Origin: Bryobacterales bacterium
GTDB taxonomy: Bacteria > Acidobacteriota > Terriglobia > Bryobacterales > UBA6623
DNA length: 64,000 nt
Assembly (NCBI GenBank): GCA_965242705.1
Contig: OZ251486.1
Location: 333,945 to 397,944, forward strand
Direction of reading: 5' to 3'
Positions 17,852 through 26,801 of the stretch are shown here, one piece after another. Under the pieces are notes generated by a model. It did not search any database. It was not told the DNA's origin and was given only the letters and a program-made list of their open reading frames with translations. Within the stretch, counting starts at the first letter, position 1; every line of letters begins with the position of its first letter. Position numbers and translations under genes: made by a program.

Positions 17852-18928
17852 TCACTGCGCCTGCTCAGTGTTAACAGTCTGACTACAGACTATCGTAACA
17901 TCAACATCGTTGGTGGTGCTGTTCCAACTTTCCTCTTCCTTGCAATTTCTGCCGGAAAGATTTTTTACTCTGTTCTTGATGTTCTCAAACTCATTATTCG
18001 AGAGAGCATACGCTCCTTTGTCCGGGAGAAACGGCATTCTCCTTGAAATATCACGAACTCTACCCTTTTCCATCGGGTGAGAGCTGAGAAAAGGCGTAAC
18101 CTTTCTTTTTGACTTCTTGTTTTTTGCCGCAATTCTCTCAAAGAACGCCAGCATAACAGAGGGATCGTATCCAGCCTTGTACATATACTGAATGCCAAGC
18201 CAGTCGGCTTTTCTCTCGAAGTCCCTTCCGAACTTGAGGAAAACAAGCTGTCCCATCGCACTTGAGAGATTCGCTATGGAATGGCCAAGACGCCAGTTTT
18301 TGGTGCTTGCCGCAACAGCGCCCGCAGCGGCTGCTCCGATTTGTTGCCACATCATGGCTTTCGAGAGCTTTCGGGTTCCATGCCTTCCAGCGATATGGGC
18401 AATCTCATGCCCAAGAACGCCTGCAAGCTCCGCTTCGTTTTCGACAAAATCAATAAGCCCCGTGTTGACGTAGAAGAAACCGCAGGGCAAAGCAAATGCG
18501 TTCGTCGAACTATCTTCAATGGTTTTGACGTAGAAGTGATTATCCTTCCAGTCCGAGTTTTTCACGAGATTGTTAGCGATCCTGCTAACGTACTCGGAAA
18601 TGACTTCATCCTCTACCATTTTGGCGCGCCGCTCAACTTGGTTTGCCAATTCCCTTCCAATCCTGCATTCCTGAGAAGGATTGAAATACTGAACGGAACC
18701 GGTAATCTTTCGGTTACCGATCTTGTGGACATTTTCCCAGTCGAGAGGTTTCTTTTCTCCCATCGCCGGCGTGATGAACACCGCGAGCAATCCGAGCAGC
18801 AAGACGAGCGCCATATCCAAATTCCTGCCGGTCCGCGGGCGGGAAAACTCAGCCTCCCGCTCAATGATCAAGTCGGTCTGGCCGAAGAGGGAAACCCCGC
18901 TGAGCGCGAAGATGCTCAATGCTTTCAT
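17852..18928 (-). CDS. M48 family zinc metalloprotease
   Basis: HEIAHIAGRH (HExxH) zinc motif. ORF 17852..18946. Alternative starts at 18928 or 18814 (MALVLLLGLLAVFITPAMG signal). GC is clearly below the window average. Confidence 0.8.
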   Translation of the reverse strand: MKALSIFALSGVSLFGQTDLIIEREAEFSRPRTGRNLDMALVLLLGLLAVFITPAMGEKKPLDWENVHKIGNRKITGSVQYFNPSQECRIGRELANQVERRAKMVEDEVISEYVSRIANNLVKNSDWKDNHFYVKTIEDSSTNAFALPCGFFYVNTGLIDFVENEAELAGVLGHEIAHIAGRHGTRKLSKAMMWQQIGAAAAGAVAASTKNWRLGHSIANLSSAMGQLVFLKFGRDFERKADWLGIQYMYKAGYDPSVMLAFFERIAAKNKKSKRKVTPFLSSHPMEKGRVRDISRRMPFLPDKGAYALSNNEFENIKNRVKNLSGRNCKEEESWNSTTNDVDVTIVCSQTVNTEQAQ

Positions 18929-18980
18929 GACGCTATGATAGAGCATCCGCGGCGGCGTCTCGGCTATACTGACACAAGCG

Positions 18981-21900
18981 ATGCCGCTGCGGAAGTTGCT
19001 GTTTCGGTCGCTGGTCCACTACCGTTCGATGCATGCCGCGGTTACCTGCGGGGTTGCGGTGGGCGCGGCGGTGTTGGCGGGCGCGCTGCTGGTCGGCGGC
19101 TCGGTGCGCGGAAGCCTGCGCGGCTTGACGCTCGACCGCCTGGGCGCAATCGACCACGCGCTGGTGGCCGAGCGTTACGTCCGCGAGGAGCTTGCGGCCG
19201 AGATCGCCGGATTCGAGCGCGTTTCCGCCGCCGCCGTCATTCGCGGCAGCGCCGAGAACGCGCAGACGGGGGCGCGCGCTTCCAGGGTCAATATCCACGG
19301 CGTCGATGAGACTTTCTGGGGTTTCTACGGCATGCCCGCGCCCGAGATCGGCCGGCGGGAGATCGTGGTCAACGCGATGCTGGCGCGCGAATTGGGCGCG
19401 GCGGAGGGCGATGCGGTCGTGCTGCGCTTTCAGGCCGACACGCTGATTCCCGCCGAATCGGTGATGGGGCGCAAGACGGACGGCGCTTTGCTGCTGCGGC
19501 TGAGGGTAGCCGGGATACTTCCCGACCGCGGGCCGGGCCGTTTCGGCCTTTCGCCGAATCAACAGTTGCCCTTCAACGTCTTCGTCAACCGCGAGGCCTT
19601 GCAGCAAAGCCTGGAGCAGCCGGGGCGCGTCAATGCCCTTTTCGTTGCGGGCGGAAGCGTCGAAGACCTGCGCAAGGCGTTTGCCGAGGCGGTTTCTTTC
19701 GACGATCTGGAAATCGACGTGCGCGCGCTCGACGACGGGCGGCGCCTCGCGGCGCAGACCGGGCGCATCGTTCTCGAGCGGCATGCCGCCGCGTGGCTCG
19801 AAAACGCCGCCGAGGCGGCGGGCCTCGACTCCGTGCAGACGCTCACCTACCTGGCGAACGCCATCGAATCGGGCGGGCGCTCGATTCCCTATTCGACGGT
19901 GACTGCGCTCGAACGCCTGCCCGCGGGGCTGCGCCTCGCCGACGGCTCGCCCGCGCCCGCGCTTGCCGCGGACGACCTGCTGCTCAACCGCTGGGCGGCG
20001 GACGATTTGCAGGCGAAGCCCGGCGATGAAGTCGTCCTGAGCTACTACGAGTTGGGTCCCGGCGGAGCGCTGGTTACGGGGCGGCGGGGGTTCCGCCTGA
20101 AAGGGATCGCCGCGATGTCGGGCGCGGCGCTCGACCGCGGGCTTGCCCCGGAATACTCGGGGCTCTCGGACGCCGAGCGCATCGGCGATTGGGACCCGCC
20201 GTTCCCGGTCGATCTCGGCCTGATCCGCGACAGGGACGAAGACTATTGGGATCGCTACCGCACCGCGCCCAAAGCCTGGGTTGCGTTGGAGACGGCGAAG
20301 CAACTGTGGTCGAACCGCTTCGGGCAGCTTACTTCGCTGCGGCTCGGTCCGGTCGAGGACGCGGACGTCGGCCGGGCCGCCGCGCGGTTTGAGCGGGAAG
20401 CGCGGAAACGCCTCGACCCGGCGGCGTTCGGCCTGGTGTTTCAGCCGGTGAAGCAACAGGGGCTCGAGGCGTCGGCGGGCGCGACCGATTTTTCGGGGCT
20501 GTTCGTCGGTTTCAGCATGTTTCTCATCGCCTCGGCGGCGCTGCTCGCGGCGCTGCTTTTCCGGCTCGGCGTCGAGCGCCGCGCGAAAGAGATCGGGTTG
20601 CTGCTGGCCGTCGGGCAAAAGCCGGCGCGCGTGCGGCGGCTGCTGTTGGCGGAAGGCGCGCTGACCGCCGCGGCGGGCTGCCTGATCGGCGTTCCCGGCG
20701 CCGTTGCTTACGCGGCGCTGATGGTTTACGGCCTGCGCACGTGGTGGAGCGCCGCCGTCGGCGGCTCGTTTCTCGAGTTGCACGTCGAGCCCGGCGCCCT
20801 GATTTTCGGCGCGGCGGGCGCGTTCCTGCTGATGTTTTTTTCCGTCTGGTTTTCGCTGCGCAAGCTGGAGCGCCTGGCGCCGCGCGCGCTGCTGTCGGGC
20901 GCGGCGGAGCCCCCGGCGTGGGGCGAAGGCCGCCGCAAGAGCGTCAAGCGCTTGCAGCGCACCGCGCTTGCCGCGGCGCTGCTCGCCTTGGGCATGGCCG
21001 CGGCAGGGGCTTTGCCGAGCGACGGCGCAAGCGCCCGGCTGGGGGCGTTTTTCGGCGCGGGAACTCTCGCCCTGGCGGCCGCGCTGATCTGGTTCCGCGG
21101 CATGCTGCTCGCTCCGGCGCGATCCGCGGCGCCGGACGTCGGCATCTTCCGGCTGGGCATGCGCAACGGCGCGCGCCACCCGACGCGCAGCCTGCTCTCG
21201 GCGGCGCTGGTCGCCTGCGCCGCGTTTCTGCTCACGACGGTGGCCATGTACCGCCAGGACGCGGCTTCGCAAGAGCCCGCGCGCGATTCGGGCGACGGCG
21301 GGTTTCGCTGGATCGCCGAGTCGGATCTGCCGCTTTTCCGCAATCGGCTCGAGGACGAAGACCTCGGCGCCATGACCGTGTTTCCTTTGCGCCGCAAAGC
21401 GGGGGAAGACGCCAGTTGCCTCAACCTGTACCAGCCTTCGCAACCGACCTTGCTGGGCGTCCCGCCGGAACTGATCGCCCGCGGCGGCTTCGCCTTTCAA
21501 TCTACGTTGGCCGAAACGGAGGCCGAGAGGGAAAACCCCTGGCTGCTGCTGGAAAAGGATTTCGACGGCGCGATCCCCGTTTTCGGCGATATGAACTCGG
21601 TCACGTGGATTCTGCATCTCGCGCTCGGCAGCGAATTGACCGTAACCGACGACTCCGGGCGGGAGAGGCGCTTGCGCATCGCCGGGCTGCTGACGCACAG
21701 CATCTTTCAGTCGGAGTTGCTCATGTCGGAGGAAAATTTCCTGCGCATGGCGCCGGGGCGCAGCGGATTCCATACGCTGCTGGTCGAGACGGACGCGGCG
21801 GACGCGGCGCTTGCGCTCGAGGAAAGGTTCGCCGACCGCGGTCTCGACGCCGCGCGCTCCGCCGACCGCCTGGCCGGTTTCCTGGTTGTGCAGAATACTT

Positions 21901-22280
21901 ACCTCAGCACGTTTCAGACGCTGGGCGGACTGGGCTTGCTGCTCGGCGTCCTGGGGCTTGCCGTGGTCATGATCCGCAACGTGCTGGAGCGCCGCGGCGA
22001 ACTGGCGCTGCTGCAAGCGGTCGGTTTCGCGGAAAGCTCGATCGCCCGGCTGGTGTTGTCGGAGAACTCGTTTCTACTGCTTTTCGGCTTGGCGGTGGGC
22101 AGCCTGGCCGGGTTGCTCGCGGCCGCGCCGCATCTTGCCGGCGGGGCGGCCGACCCGCCCTGGCTTTCTTTGGCGGCGATGCCGGCCGCCATCGCCGCCG
22201 CCGGACTGACGGCCGGCGCCGGCGCGGCGGCGGTCAGTCTGCGCGCGCCGCTGCTCGAAACGCTGCGCCGCGACCCATGA
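18981..22280 (+). CDS. ABC transporter permease, MacB/FtsX-like, double FtsX domain
   Basis: 1099 aa. N-terminus MPLRKLLFRSLVHYRSMHAAVTCGVAVGAAVL. Two 4-TM FtsX-type blocks are separated by large periplasmic regions. Confidence 0.85.
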   Translation: MPLRKLLFRSLVHYRSMHAAVTCGVAVGAAVLAGALLVGGSVRGSLRGLTLDRLGAIDHALVAERYVREELAAEIAGFERVSAAAVIRGSAENAQTGARASRVNIHGVDETFWGFYGMPAPEIGRREIVVNAMLARELGAAEGDAVVLRFQADTLIPAESVMGRKTDGALLLRLRVAGILPDRGPGRFGLSPNQQLPFNVFVNREALQQSLEQPGRVNALFVAGGSVEDLRKAFAEAVSFDDLEIDVRALDDGRRLAAQTGRIVLERHAAAWLENAAEAAGLDSVQTLTYLANAIESGGRSIPYSTVTALERLPAGLRLADGSPAPALAADDLLLNRWAADDLQAKPGDEVVLSYYELGPGGALVTGRRGFRLKGIAAMSGAALDRGLAPEYSGLSDAERIGDWDPPFPVDLGLIRDRDEDYWDRYRTAPKAWVALETAKQLWSNRFGQLTSLRLGPVEDADVGRAAARFEREARKRLDPAAFGLVFQPVKQQGLEASAGATDFSGLFVGFSMFLIASAALLAALLFRLGVERRAKEIGLLLAVGQKPARVRRLLLAEGALTAAAGCLIGVPGAVAYAALMVYGLRTWWSAAVGGSFLELHVEPGALIFGAAGAFLLMFFSVWFSLRKLERLAPRALLSGAAEPPAWGEGRRKSVKRLQRTALAAALLALGMAAAGALPSDGASARLGAFFGAGTLALAAALIWFRGMLLAPARSAAPDVGIFRLGMRNGARHPTRSLLSAALVACAAFLLTTVAMYRQDAASQEPARDSGDGGFRWIAESDLPLFRNRLEDEDLGAMTVFPLRRKAGEDASCLNLYQPSQPTLLGVPPELIARGGFAFQSTLAETEAERENPWLLLEKDFDGAIPVFGDMNSVTWILHLALGSELTVTDDSGRERRLRIAGLLTHSIFQSELLMSEENFLRMAPGRSGFHTLLVETDAADAALALEERFADRGLDAARSADRLAGFLVVQNTYLSTFQTLGGLGLLLGVLGLAVVMIRNVLERRGELALLQAVGFAESSIARLVLSENSFLLLFGLAVGSLAGLLAAAPHLAGGAADPPWLSLAAMPAAIAAAGLTAGAGAAAVSLRAPLLETLRRDP

Positions 22281-23410
22281 CCCCCAACCCCCGACCCGCG
22301 ACCCGTGGCCGCCGCGCTTCGCGCGGCCTGATGCGCGCCGTCGTTCTCACGCTTGCTCTTGCCGCCGCCGCGCAAGCGGCCATGCCCTGCCTCGACGCCG
22401 AAGGCAAGACGCGCTACCCGCTCGGCCTCCGGTTGTACGAGGACAAGGACTTCTGGAACAGCCGCGTCCTGCACATGATCAAGATTCCCACCAGCGAAGC
22501 GAAAACGCAAAGCGTCCAAGCCGTCCTGGGCCTTTCGAGGAACGAAGCGAACCAAGCCATCGCACAGGGCCGCCGCGAACACGGCTGGCGCATGGTAACC
22601 GGATCATCCGGCATGGCCTTCGTCGGCGTGCCCCTCCAGCTTGGCCGCCACTCCGAAGTCACCATCCAATGGACGCTCTGCATGTCCACGAATCTGGGCA
22701 TCGTCTTTTGCAACGAAAATCACAAGCTTTGCAGGTATCCCATCTACTACGACAAGAAGAACGGGCAAGTCATCCAATTCATCCAGGCCAGACGAGTGGA
22801 CAAGAAGAAGAAGCAAAGCGACCCGCACCTGATCGTCTTCAAGGAAATCAAGGTTGCCGGAAAACTCGACGAAAGCAAGTCGAAGGTTTCCATCGCCGGA
22901 ACCCGCAACAACAGCGTCCACGAGTTCACCGGCGAAATCAACTCCGAGAAAGTCCAATCGACGATCGCCTACGAGAGCGATGAACCCCGCACGCGAAATC
23001 CGGCAAGGGTGCTGCGGCCCAGGCTGCCGGCCGGAACAGCCGCCCGACCCGCGACCCGCGACCGCCGCGCACAGCGCGGCCCGTCAGCCGCAACTAACGG
23101 CGATTCCGCCGCCGGCAAAGTTTACCCCTTCGATAGCGACGAAATTTCAAAACCGCGCCTGCTGAGCAAGGTCGAGCCTGCGTACCCCAAAGAAGCGCGC
23201 AAAGCGAAAATCAGCGGCAACGTCATGCTTGCCATCGAGATTTGGGAAGACGGCCTTGCGCACAACATCCGCGTGGAAAAAGGAATCGGGCATGGCCTGG
23301 ATGAGGCTGCGATAGAGGCCGTGCGCCGGTGCCGCTTCGCCCCGGGCACGAAAGACGGCAAGCCGGTCCGAGTCGCCTCTCAATACCAAGTCAGCTTCAG
23401 CCTGCTGTAA
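22277..23410 (+). CDS. TonB C-terminal domain protein with a low-GC N-terminal region of unknown function
   Basis: The ATG at 22277 overlaps the permease stop (ATGA); an alternative ATG is at 22331. C-terminus KVEPAYPKEARKAKISGNVMLAIEIWEDGLAHNIRVEKGIGHGLDEAAIEAVRRCRFAPG is a TonB_C signature. Confidence 0.7.
   Translation: MTPNPRPATRGRRASRGLMRAVVLTLALAAAAQAAMPCLDAEGKTRYPLGLRLYEDKDFWNSRVLHMIKIPTSEAKTQSVQAVLGLSRNEANQAIAQGRREHGWRMVTGSSGMAFVGVPLQLGRHSEVTIQWTLCMSTNLGIVFCNENHKLCRYPIYYDKKNGQVIQFIQARRVDKKKKQSDPHLIVFKEIKVAGKLDESKSKVSIAGTRNNSVHEFTGEINSEKVQSTIAYESDEPRTRNPARVLRPRLPAGTAARPATRDRRAQRGPSAATNGDSAAGKVYPFDSDEISKPRLLSKVEPAYPKEARKAKISGNVMLAIEIWEDGLAHNIRVEKGIGHGLDEAAIEAVRRCRFAPGTKDGKPVRVASQYQVSFSLL
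22281..22328. repeat. REP-like element translated as the N-terminus of the TonB-C protein
   Basis: cccccaacccccgacccgcgacccgtggccgccgcgcttcgcgcggcc. Hairpin gccgcgc-ttc-gcgcggc at 22310-22326. Confidence 0.65.
23043..23082. repeat. REP-like element embedded in frame inside a CDS (linker of the TonB-C protein)
   Basis: ccgacccgcgacccgcgaccgccgcgcacagcgcggcc. Hairpin gccgcgc-aca-gcgcggc. Translated as RPATRDRRAQRGP. Confidence 0.65.
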
Positions 23411-23444
23411 CAACCGGAGTCAACAACAGAGAAGGAGCCTCCCA

Positions 23445-23816
23445 ATGCCCCCCTCTTCCCTAACCCCTAATCCCCAACCCCTGACCCCTGCCGCGCTTCG
23501 CGCGGCCCTGCTCTTGCTGCCGCTGTTTCATGCGCTTTGGGCGCAACAGGCGCCCAGGCCGCGCATGACGCTCGACCGCCGGCTCGCCGCCATCGAAGCC
23601 CGCCTCGCCGCCATCGAAAAGCGCGTTGCCGAGCCGCCGCCGGCGGCCGCCGCCGCCAGCCTCGACCAGGCAAAGCTCGACCGGCTCGAGGCGCGGGTGA
23701 TCCGCCTCGAAGAGAGCCCGGAACGCCAAATCGGGGCCGTCGTATCCGTGCGCGATCTCGAAGCGCGCATCCGCTCGCTCGAGCGCCAGGTCGCCCGGCT
23801 GCGCCGCGACCCGTGA
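23445..23816 (+). CDS. Small secreted coiled-coil protein
   Basis: ATG at 23445 with gaaggag 8 nt upstream. 123 aa. Heptad-like LAAIEARLAAIEKRV.. The N-terminal signal is encoded by a REP-like element. Confidence 0.5.
   Translation: MPPSSLTPNPQPLTPAALRAALLLLPLFHALWAQQAPRPRMTLDRRLAAIEARLAAIEKRVAEPPPAAAAASLDQAKLDRLEARVIRLEESPERQIGAVVSVRDLEARIRSLERQVARLRRDP
23455..23503. repeat. REP-like element, CCCTAA-type variant, translated as a signal peptide N-region
   Basis: ttccctaacccctaatccccaacccctgacccctgccgcgcttcgcgcggcc. Confidence 0.6.
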
Positions 23817-23850
23817 CCCGTGACCGCCGCGCGAAGCGCGGCCCGACCCC
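23806..23850. repeat. REP-like element supplying the stop codon of the coiled-coil gene
   Basis: cgcgacccgtgacccgtgaccgccgcgcgaagcgcggcccgacccc. Hairpin gccgcgc-gaa-gcgcggc. Confidence 0.7.
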
Positions 23851-23851
23851 C

Positions 23852-24415
23852 ATGACCGAACGATTCGACGATGCGCTCGTCTTCGCCTGCCGCCTGCACC
23901 GGCAACAGGCGCGCAAGGGCTCGGGCGTTCCCTACATATCCCATTTGCTGGCCGTCGCCGCGCTTGTCATCGAGGCCGGCGGCGATGAAGACGAGGCCGT
24001 CGCCGCCCTGCTGCACGACGCCGTCGAAGATCAGGGCGGCCCCCCAACGCTGCGGGAAATAGGCGAACGCTTCGGCGCGCGAGTCGCCGCTATCGTCGCC
24101 GGCTGCTCCGACGCCGACGGCCCCCCCAAGCCGCCCTGGAAGCAGCGCAAGCTCGACTATATCGCCCGCCTGGCCGGCGCCGCCCCTTCCGTGCTGCTGG
24201 TTTCGTCCGCCGACAAGCTGCACAACGCCCGCTCCATCCTGGCCGACTACCGCAGAATCGGCGAAGGCGTTTGGGAGCGCTTCAGCGGCCGCCGCGAGGG
24301 GACGCTGTGGTACTACCGCGCCGTCACTGACGCCATCCGCGATGCCGGCGGCACGCCCCTTTCCGCCGAATTGGAGCGCACCGTCGCCGCGCTCGAGCGC
24401 ATCGCCGCCGCATGA
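23852..24415 (+). CDS. HD domain-containing protein (RelA/SpoT-hydrolase-like)
   Basis: In-frame ATG at 23852 of ORF 23537..24415. PYISHLLAVAALV ... ALLHDAVED is the HD motif. Confidence 0.8.
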   Translation: MTERFDDALVFACRLHRQQARKGSGVPYISHLLAVAALVIEAGGDEDEAVAALLHDAVEDQGGPPTLREIGERFGARVAAIVAGCSDADGPPKPPWKQRKLDYIARLAGAAPSVLLVSSADKLHNARSILADYRRIGEGVWERFSGRREGTLWYYRAVTDAIRDAGGTPLSAELERTVAALERIAAA

Positions 24416-24540
24416 CAGCTTGGCGAAAACCGCCGCGCGCGGTTTCCGCCAAGCTCATTGTGCTATCCGTCCGGGGATTCACTGCCGACAAAGCAACCTG
24501 CCGGCGGTGGATTGCGCTTTTGTGTCAGAATAGGCAAATC

Positions 24541-25983
24541 ATGTTCAGATTCATCGTTTTCGTGCTTATTTGCGCTTTGCAGTGCTTCGGACAAATCAAT
24601 CTGTCCGAATTGTACGAAAAGACGCAACAGAGCGTCGTTCGCGTCGAAACGGAAACCGGCCACGGTTCAGGGTTTCTGGTTGACGAAAAAGGCTGGATCG
24701 TAACGAATCACCATGTGGTGCGCCTAGGGCGGGGAATTTGCAAATATATTTCCGTCATTCTGCAGGATTCGACTCGAGTCGGAGCGATGTTGCTGGCTCA
24801 TGATCCGCGGAATGATCTTGCCGTTCTTCAAATCCATCCGAAGTTCGTTCAGAACATTGCGCCATTGGAGTTATCAAGAAAAGATCCGAAACCCGGCCAA
24901 TTTGTCGCCGCGTTCGGCTCGCCGCTATCTCTTGACGCGCAGGTAACCCGCGGCATCATCTCGGCTGTCCAGGAGAAGACGATTACCGGCGATTATCTGA
25001 TTCAACCCGGCAATTCCGGCGGCCCGACGGTCTTGGAAAACGACGGTTCTGTGATTGGAGTTTCGACATTTGGGGTTGGGAGAACTTCCGGCTCTGTCAG
25101 GGCTTCATTCGCGGAGAACTTGATTGCGACAATCCAACGCCCGCTTTCCGCAAACCCAATCCCGTTGCGCCGTTTCACGGTTCCCGGAAACTTCCCTCAA
25201 GACAAGTTGGTTCGGCTTGTCAAAGACGCTTTCGAAAACCGCAAGCAAAGAAGAAAAGCCAGACAATACTCTGAAAACGCATCCATGAAGGGTTCGTTCT
25301 TCGAGTGGTATTCAACGGACAGATTCCATGTTTCGATTATTACGCCGGTTACGGCGATGTATTATGCCGTGGAAGACGAGTTGCTGCAAATCGAAAAACG
25401 CCGCAAGAGGCGTGGAAAGAAAATTGACGATCCTACCTATAGCGAAGACATCGCTATGTGGGATTGGTTCAATGCCGTCAAGGAAAATGACAAAATTCTT
25501 TCCAATTCCATATTGATTTATGTAACTCCGAAAATCGGATTAACGACGGCCAGCAAGATCGTTAATGCGGTTGCCGCCGGCGCTTCAATAGCGGGTTCGA
25601 TTGCGGTATCTCAGGGCAATTACGGATGGGGATCCATAGGGTGGGCTGTTGGAGATACCATGCAATCATTGCCGGAAGGGTATGAATTCAAAGGCGAATT
25701 CGATAGACTTTTTGTTTCGAGAGACATGGAAGGAGCCGAGAAACTACAGCCGGTTTACGTCGGAAAAAGACTCACGGAGGGACTGCTTCACTCGCCTACA
25801 GCGAAGTTCATCGACGAAGCTTACGCAGGGCTTTATTGGTTCGATCATTCCGATTTCATGCAAGGCGATGAATTTTACATTCATTTGTACGACGCCAGAA
25901 CTCCGGAAGGAAAGCGGCATGGTAGAAAGAAAATTGAATCCGGCAGTGAAGTTGTGAAACAGATACGGAAGGCTTTTCAGTAA
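24541..25983 (+). CDS. Trypsin-like (S1/PA clan) serine protease with an uncharacterised C-terminal half
   Basis: ATG at 24541 gives the signal MFRFIVFVLICALQCFGQ. Motifs TNHHVV (His), NDLAVL (Asp), GNSGGP (Ser). Markedly low GC. Confidence 0.8.
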   Translation: MFRFIVFVLICALQCFGQINLSELYEKTQQSVVRVETETGHGSGFLVDEKGWIVTNHHVVRLGRGICKYISVILQDSTRVGAMLLAHDPRNDLAVLQIHPKFVQNIAPLELSRKDPKPGQFVAAFGSPLSLDAQVTRGIISAVQEKTITGDYLIQPGNSGGPTVLENDGSVIGVSTFGVGRTSGSVRASFAENLIATIQRPLSANPIPLRRFTVPGNFPQDKLVRLVKDAFENRKQRRKARQYSENASMKGSFFEWYSTDRFHVSIITPVTAMYYAVEDELLQIEKRRKRRGKKIDDPTYSEDIAMWDWFNAVKENDKILSNSILIYVTPKIGLTTASKIVNAVAAGASIAGSIAVSQGNYGWGSIGWAVGDTMQSLPEGYEFKGEFDRLFVSRDMEGAEKLQPVYVGKRLTEGLLHSPTAKFIDEAYAGLYWFDHSDFMQGDEFYIHLYDARTPEGKRHGRKKIESGSEVVKQIRKAFQ

Positions 25984-26024
25984 ACACTCATTCGCGAACC
26001 TCAGGAACCGGAGACAGATACGCT

Positions 26025-26801
26025 CTACAGTCCGATTTCGGTTTCGAGCGCGCGCAGGAGTTCCGGGTCGAGGTCGGCGAGTGCTTGGCGGGCGCGGTCG
26101 AGTTCGCGCTGGGCGGCTTCGGTCTCGCTGCCGACGCGCTTGCGCAGTTCCACGATCAGGTTGCGGCCCATGCCGCGGGCGGCTTCGGCTTCGCGCTTGA
26201 TTTCGGCCAGCGGCGAGGCGTGAAGCTCGCCGAGGGCGGCATGCATTTCGCGGATGCGGTAGCGCGTCCAGGCGATTTGCCGGTCGATGCGCGCCGCCGG
26301 CGCATGGGGACCGCCGCCGGCGGCGGCCGGGCCGTGCTGCGCCTGCCAGTGTTCGAGCAGCCATTGCAGCCGCCGCGAGTCGTTGGCGCGGTACGCGAGC
26401 GTGGCTTCGGCCATGAACTCGTGGCGCCGTTCGCGGTCTTCGCCGTCCGCGGCCAGGTCGGGGTGGATGCGGCGGGCGAGATCGCGGAACAGGCGGCGAA
26501 GCTCGCCGTCGGGTCGGAATATGTCCGCTTGCGGCTCTTGCGGCGGCGCCGCTTGCGGGGCGCGGCCGCGGCGCAGGGTTTCCCAGGCGCGGTCGATCTT
26601 CGCGCGCAGCCGCTCCAACTCGTCGTAGCGCGCGCCGACGGCGGGCTTGTAGCGGCGCTCGAATTGTCGCAGCGCGGCGGCCTCGGCGTTGTATTCGTCT
26701 TCGAGCGCGCGCAGCTTGCGGCGCAACTCGACCAGCAGCAGCCGGCGCGCCGGCAAAGCGCCGCCGCGCGCGGGCTCGCAGCGGACAAGGGCGGTGCTCA
26801 C
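26025..26801 (-). CDS. J-domain-like protein (HPD motif)
   Basis: The GTG at 26801 overlaps the upstream TGA (GTGA). LFRDLARRIHPDLAADGEDRERRHEFMAEATLAYR carries the HPD tripeptide. Coiled-coil flanks. Confidence 0.65.
   Translation of the reverse strand: MSTALVRCEPARGGALPARRLLLVELRRKLRALEDEYNAEAAALRQFERRYKPAVGARYDELERLRAKIDRAWETLRRGRAPQAAPPQEPQADIFRPDGELRRLFRDLARRIHPDLAADGEDRERRHEFMAEATLAYRANDSRRLQWLLEHWQAQHGPAAAGGGPHAPAARIDRQIAWTRYRIREMHAALGELHASPLAEIKREAEAARGMGRNLIVELRKRVGSETEAAQRELDRARQALADLDPELLRALETEIGL

Noticed and set aside
18933-22016. 1027-aa ORF antisense to the FtsX/MacB permease
   Set aside because: Low-complexity Arg/Gln/Ala-rich translation with no motifs. The sense frame encodes a coherent multi-TM permease.
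20741-23410. 889-aa ORF suggesting one long protein overlapping the permease
   Set aside because: Only the last 360-378 codons (from ATG 22277 or 22331) are coding-like and contain the TonB_C domain. The upstream part is an alternative frame of the permease gene.
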